DNA from: Candidatus Methylomirabilis sp. | GTDB taxonomy: Bacteria > DYJV01 | Length of the DNA: 54,609 nucleotides | Direction: 5' to 3' | Assembly: GCA_020722945.1 (NCBI GenBank) | Contig: DYJV01000007.1 | Location: 1-54,609, forward strand | Shown: positions 51,500 to 54,609 of the stretch, one piece after another | Layout: each line of letters begins with the position of its first letter | Position numbering within the stretch: the first letter of the stretch is position 1 | The notes under the pieces: model-generated | What the model was told of the DNA's origin: nothing | Databases searched by the model: none | The model's input: only the letters and a program-made list of their open reading frames with translations | Made by a program: the position numbers and the translations under genes

Positions 51500-52552
51500 T
51501 TATAAATTCTTGACTACTAAATCTCCTACTTCTGTTGTAGAGTAACCCATTTTACCGGCTGACATACTTTTGATATGTTTTGTAAGAACATGGACAACAC
51601 TTTTCTCAACTCTGTCAGCGTCTTGATTACAGTCAAGAAATCTGAGCATCATTTCACCAGCCATAATTGCAGCAATCGGATTTATTACATTTTGTCCTGT
51701 ATATTTTGGAGCTGACCCACCTATAGGCTCAAACATTGAAACCCCATTAGGGTTGATATTTCCACCTGCGGCTATACCCATTCCACCCTGAATCATTGCT
51801 CCAAGGTCAGTGATAATATCTCCAAACATATTATCAGTAACAATAACATCAAAGTTTTCAGGATTTTTAACCATCCACATACATACAGCATCTACGTGTC
51901 CATAATCTTGAATAACTTTTGGAAACTCTTTCCCCACTTGTTCAAAGACTCTTTTCCATAAGTCAAAAGCATAGGTTAGGACATTTGTTTTCCCACACAA
52001 CATAAGTTTGTTGAGCTTATTTCTCTTCTGAGTATATTCGTATGCATATCTAATGCATCTCTCTACACCCATATAAGTATTGATAGATTCTTGGATTGCT
52101 ACTTCATTCTTGGTGCCTTTTTTTAAAAAACCTCCAGCTCCGGCATATAATCCTTCAGTATTTTCTCTTATTACTACAAAATCTATATCTTTGGGTGTTT
52201 TGTCTTTGAGAGGAGTCTCCACATTGGGGTAAAGTTTTACAGGTCTGAGATTGATATATTGGTCTAACTGAAATCTCAAGTTAAGCAGTATCCCCTTTTC
52301 TAAAATACCGGGTTGGACTTTAGGGTGTCCAATTGCTCCTAAGAGAATAGCGTTATGTTTTTTGAGCTCTTGAACTGCTGTTTCGGGGAGAGTTTCTCCG
52401 GTTCTTAAATATCGCTCTCCGCCAAAATCAAAGTAGTTAAAATTAAATTTTAAATTTTCTGATTCAAGAGCTTTAAGCACTTTTATAGCTTCATTAACAA
52501 CCTCTGGTCCTGTGCCGTCACCTGCAATAACTGCGATATCAAAGCTTTTCAT
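51500..52552 (-). CDS. leuB: 3-isopropylmalate dehydrogenase (isocitrate/isopropylmalate dehydrogenase family)
   Basis: 350 aa. IAVIAGDGTGPEV... and NMFGDIITDLGA... The gene is adjacent to leuD. Confidence 0.8.
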   Translation of the reverse strand: MKSFDIAVIAGDGTGPEVVNEAIKVLKALESENLKFNFNYFDFGGERYLRTGETLPETAVQELKKHNAILLGAIGHPKVQPGILEKGILLNLRFQLDQYINLRPVKLYPNVETPLKDKTPKDIDFVVIRENTEGLYAGAGGFLKKGTKNEVAIQESINTYMGVERCIRYAYEYTQKRNKLNKLMLCGKTNVLTYAFDLWKRVFEQVGKEFPKVIQDYGHVDAVCMWMVKNPENFDVIVTDNMFGDIITDLGAMIQGGMGIAAGGNINPNGVSMFEPIGGSAPKYTGQNVINPIAAIMAGEMMLRFLDCNQDADRVEKSVVHVLTKHIKSMSAGKMGYSTTEVGDLVVKNL

Positions 52553-53052
52553 ATTTGAACTCCTTTTTCATTTTTGATTACATAATTTAGAAGCCCGCCT
52601 TCATTTAATAAGTGTTCCATAAAATCTGGAATGGCAACTACTTTGAAAATTTGTTTGGTGGTAAGGTTGGTAATTGTCCCCTTATCACCATCTATCTCTA
52701 TTGTATCGCCCTCTTTTATATTGTCAACTGCCTCAGGACATTCAAATATAGGTAAGCCCATATTAAACGCATTCCTAAAAAATATCCTTGCAAAAGATTT
52801 TGCAAGAACGCAAGAGATGCCTGCATACTTTATTGCGATAGGAGCATGTTCCCTTGATGAACCGCAACCGAAGTTGTCCATAGCAACTATTATGTCACCT
52901 TGTGAAATCTTCTTGACAAAATTAGGATCGGCATCCTCCATACAATGTTTTGCAAGCTCTATTTCGTCTGCAGTATTAAGATATCTTGCAGGAATAATCG
53001 CATCTGTATCAATGTCTGAACCAAATTTCCAAACTTTACCTGTAAATTTCAT
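52549..53052 (-). CDS. leuD: 3-isopropylmalate dehydratase small subunit (LeuD; short archaeal-type)
   Basis: Start chosen at the internal ATG at 53052, which is preceded by ataggaggtttagaa. The ORF track's longer ORF begins at 53088. About 167 aa. The aconitase swivel domain has the GCGSSREHAP motif. Confidence 0.8.
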   Translation of the reverse strand: MKFTGKVWKFGSDIDTDAIIPARYLNTADEIELAKHCMEDADPNFVKKISQGDIIVAMDNFGCGSSREHAPIAIKYAGISCVLAKSFARIFFRNAFNMGLPIFECPEAVDNIKEGDTIEIDGDKGTITNLTTKQIFKVVAIPDFMEHLLNEGGLLNYVIKNEKGVQI

Positions 53053-53179
53053 TTCTAAACCTCCTATTTTATAAAATTTCATATACATAATTAACCTTTT
53101 AATTTCAAGATTAAAATAATATTGAATTTAAAATTATTTTATAATATCCTTGTTTTATCATTAAAGATAGGAGAAAATT

Positions 53180-54538
53180 TTGATAGACGATTTTTTTAAA
53201 GGATTAGAGAAGAAATTTTACACAGTATCAGAATTAACTTCAAAGATAAAAAATATAATTGAAGATAATTTTTTCGATATATTCGTGGTTGGTGAAATTT
53301 CTAATTTATCTGTTCCATCTTCAGGTCACTACTATTTTACTTTGAAAGATTCAGGTTCATCTATAAAAGCTATTCTGTTCAAATCTCAAAAGATGTTGTT
53401 CAACTTTAATTTGAAAAATGGTGACAAAATTTTAGTTAGGGGGAGACTATCCCTTTATGAACCGAGAGGGGAATACAATATTATCGTTGATTATATTGAG
53501 CCTTTTGGGGTTGGACAGTTATTTTTGAAAATTGAAATGTTAAAGTCCAAATTATTTAAAGAGGGTCTTTTTGATAATAAGTTTAAGAAGCCTATCCCTT
53601 TGCTTCCTTCGAAAATTGCAATTATTACATCTTCTACAGGTGCGGCAATTATGGATATACTAAATATTTTAGGGAGAAGATTCAGTGGTTTGGGTATTTA
53701 TATTTACAATGTCAAAGTGCAGGGGAGTGAAGCTGCACAGATGGTAGTAAAAGGGATAAACTTTATAAATAATGAATTTAAAGATATAGATGTCATAATT
53801 CTATCAAGGGGTGGTGGCACACTTGAAGACCTTATGCCATTTAATGAAGAGATTGTTGCCAGAGCAATTTTTACTTCTAAAATACCTATTATTACTGCGA
53901 TAGGACATGAGACTGATTTTACCATTGCAGATATGGTTGCTGATTTAAGAGCCCCCACACCATCTGCCGCAGCAGAAATGGTTGTAAAGAGTAGAGATGA
54001 GATAACTATCCATATTGATCAGTTAAAAAAAAGGTTAATTATTAATTTTGAGAATAAAATAAAAAGTTGGAGGTATCAATTACTCAGTAGTGAAAAAAAA
54101 TTGCAAACTTTCTATTTTAAATTTAAAAATTTAAAAGATAGAGTTGAATTAAGTAAAAGTCTTATCGTAGGTGGTTTTAAAAGGCTTCTTTTCTCTTATA
54201 AAAGCAATCTGAATATCAATGTTATTGAATTAAAAAATAATAACCCTCTTATAAAATTAGAAAAAATTAGAGGAGAGGTTAATAATAGGAAGAGTATTCT
54301 AATAAAAGAGTATCTCGATTATCTTAAAAATAAAACTTCTTCACTTGTAAATATCCAACGGCATCTTCACCTTTTGAGTCCGCTTAATATACTCAAAAGG
54401 GGTTATGCAATAGTTTATAAAGATATTGAGATAGTAAAGAGTATTGAAGATATTTTAAAAGATCAAATGGTAGATATTCGTGTGGCAGATGGGACATTTG
54501 AGGCTGAAGTAAAGAGAGTAAAACAGGGACAGAACTAA
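53180..54538 (+). CDS. xseA: Exodeoxyribonuclease VII large subunit
   Basis: TTG start after the RBS taggagaaaa. 452 aa. The N-terminus YTVSELTSKIKNIIEDNFFDIFVVGEISNL is the characteristic XseA OB-fold segment. The catalytic-domain pattern follows. Confidence 0.9.
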   Translation: MIDDFFKGLEKKFYTVSELTSKIKNIIEDNFFDIFVVGEISNLSVPSSGHYYFTLKDSGSSIKAILFKSQKMLFNFNLKNGDKILVRGRLSLYEPRGEYNIIVDYIEPFGVGQLFLKIEMLKSKLFKEGLFDNKFKKPIPLLPSKIAIITSSTGAAIMDILNILGRRFSGLGIYIYNVKVQGSEAAQMVVKGINFINNEFKDIDVIILSRGGGTLEDLMPFNEEIVARAIFTSKIPIITAIGHETDFTIADMVADLRAPTPSAAAEMVVKSRDEITIHIDQLKKRLIINFENKIKSWRYQLLSSEKKLQTFYFKFKNLKDRVELSKSLIVGGFKRLLFSYKSNLNINVIELKNNNPLIKLEKIRGEVNNRKSILIKEYLDYLKNKTSSLVNIQRHLHLLSPLNILKRGYAIVYKDIEIVKSIEDILKDQMVDIRVADGTFEAEVKRVKQGQN

Positions 54539-54609
54539 TTAAAATCATTTAACTTAAACAGAGAGAAAAATAAAAGAGTATGACCCGCTGTCAGGCTCTG
54601 CCTGCCGCC

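Noticed and set aside
54565-54609. GC-rich tail checked against 5S and 16S rRNA 5'-end motifs
   Set aside because: The reverse complement contains GGCGGCAGGC, as at the 16S 5' end, but the flanking sequence does not continue the 16S consensus (CTAACACATGC). It does not match the 5S start TGCCTGGCGGCC either. It is too short and truncated to call.

Overview
This is a 54.6 kb chromosomal segment from an AT-rich bacterium, roughly one-third GC. Its gene content has a thermophile or deep-branching flavour (tungsten-type aldehyde:ferredoxin oxidoreductase, archaeal-type phosphoglycerate mutase, a DUF39 homocysteine-synthesis protein, a TIGR04076 protein, GnnA/GnnB-like genes upstream of lpxB), but I cannot assign a taxon from sequence alone.

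Most of the window is core housekeeping. Recognisable genes include purB, eno, rtcB, murJ, the operon rimP-nusA-ylxR/L7Ae-infB-nrnA-truB-rpsO-pnp, queA, kdsA-pyrG-apgM, lpxB, dusB-fis, the Pho cluster pstSCAB-phoU-phoB, cheV, leuB-leuD and xseA.

Against that background, five places stand out:
1. The 5' ~6 kb carries pilin-like genes and then a co-directional cluster. The cluster has two freshly tandem-duplicated small secreted Gly-rich proteins whose C-terminal tails have diverged, two further secreted proteins, a His-bearing DUF4405 membrane protein, an outer-membrane beta-barrel, and an orphan sensor kinase. A perfect 10-bp inverted-repeat site precedes the cluster. I regard this as the best candidate for an undescribed extracytoplasmic system.
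2. A small island at 11.9-13.6 kb encodes a RhuM-Doc/Fic fusion protein and a small upstream ORF.
3. A 656-aa secreted protein with an IPT/TIG region and a Cys-rich tail sits behind a palindromic operator-like site.
4. The nusA-infB operon has a fused YlxR-L7Ae gene and lacks rbfA.
5. Upstream of pstS there is an array of TTTACA repeats with PhoP-type 11-bp spacing, and a 15-bp hairpin lies between pstS and pstC.

I found no rRNA or tRNA genes, no CRISPR array and no transposase in the window.
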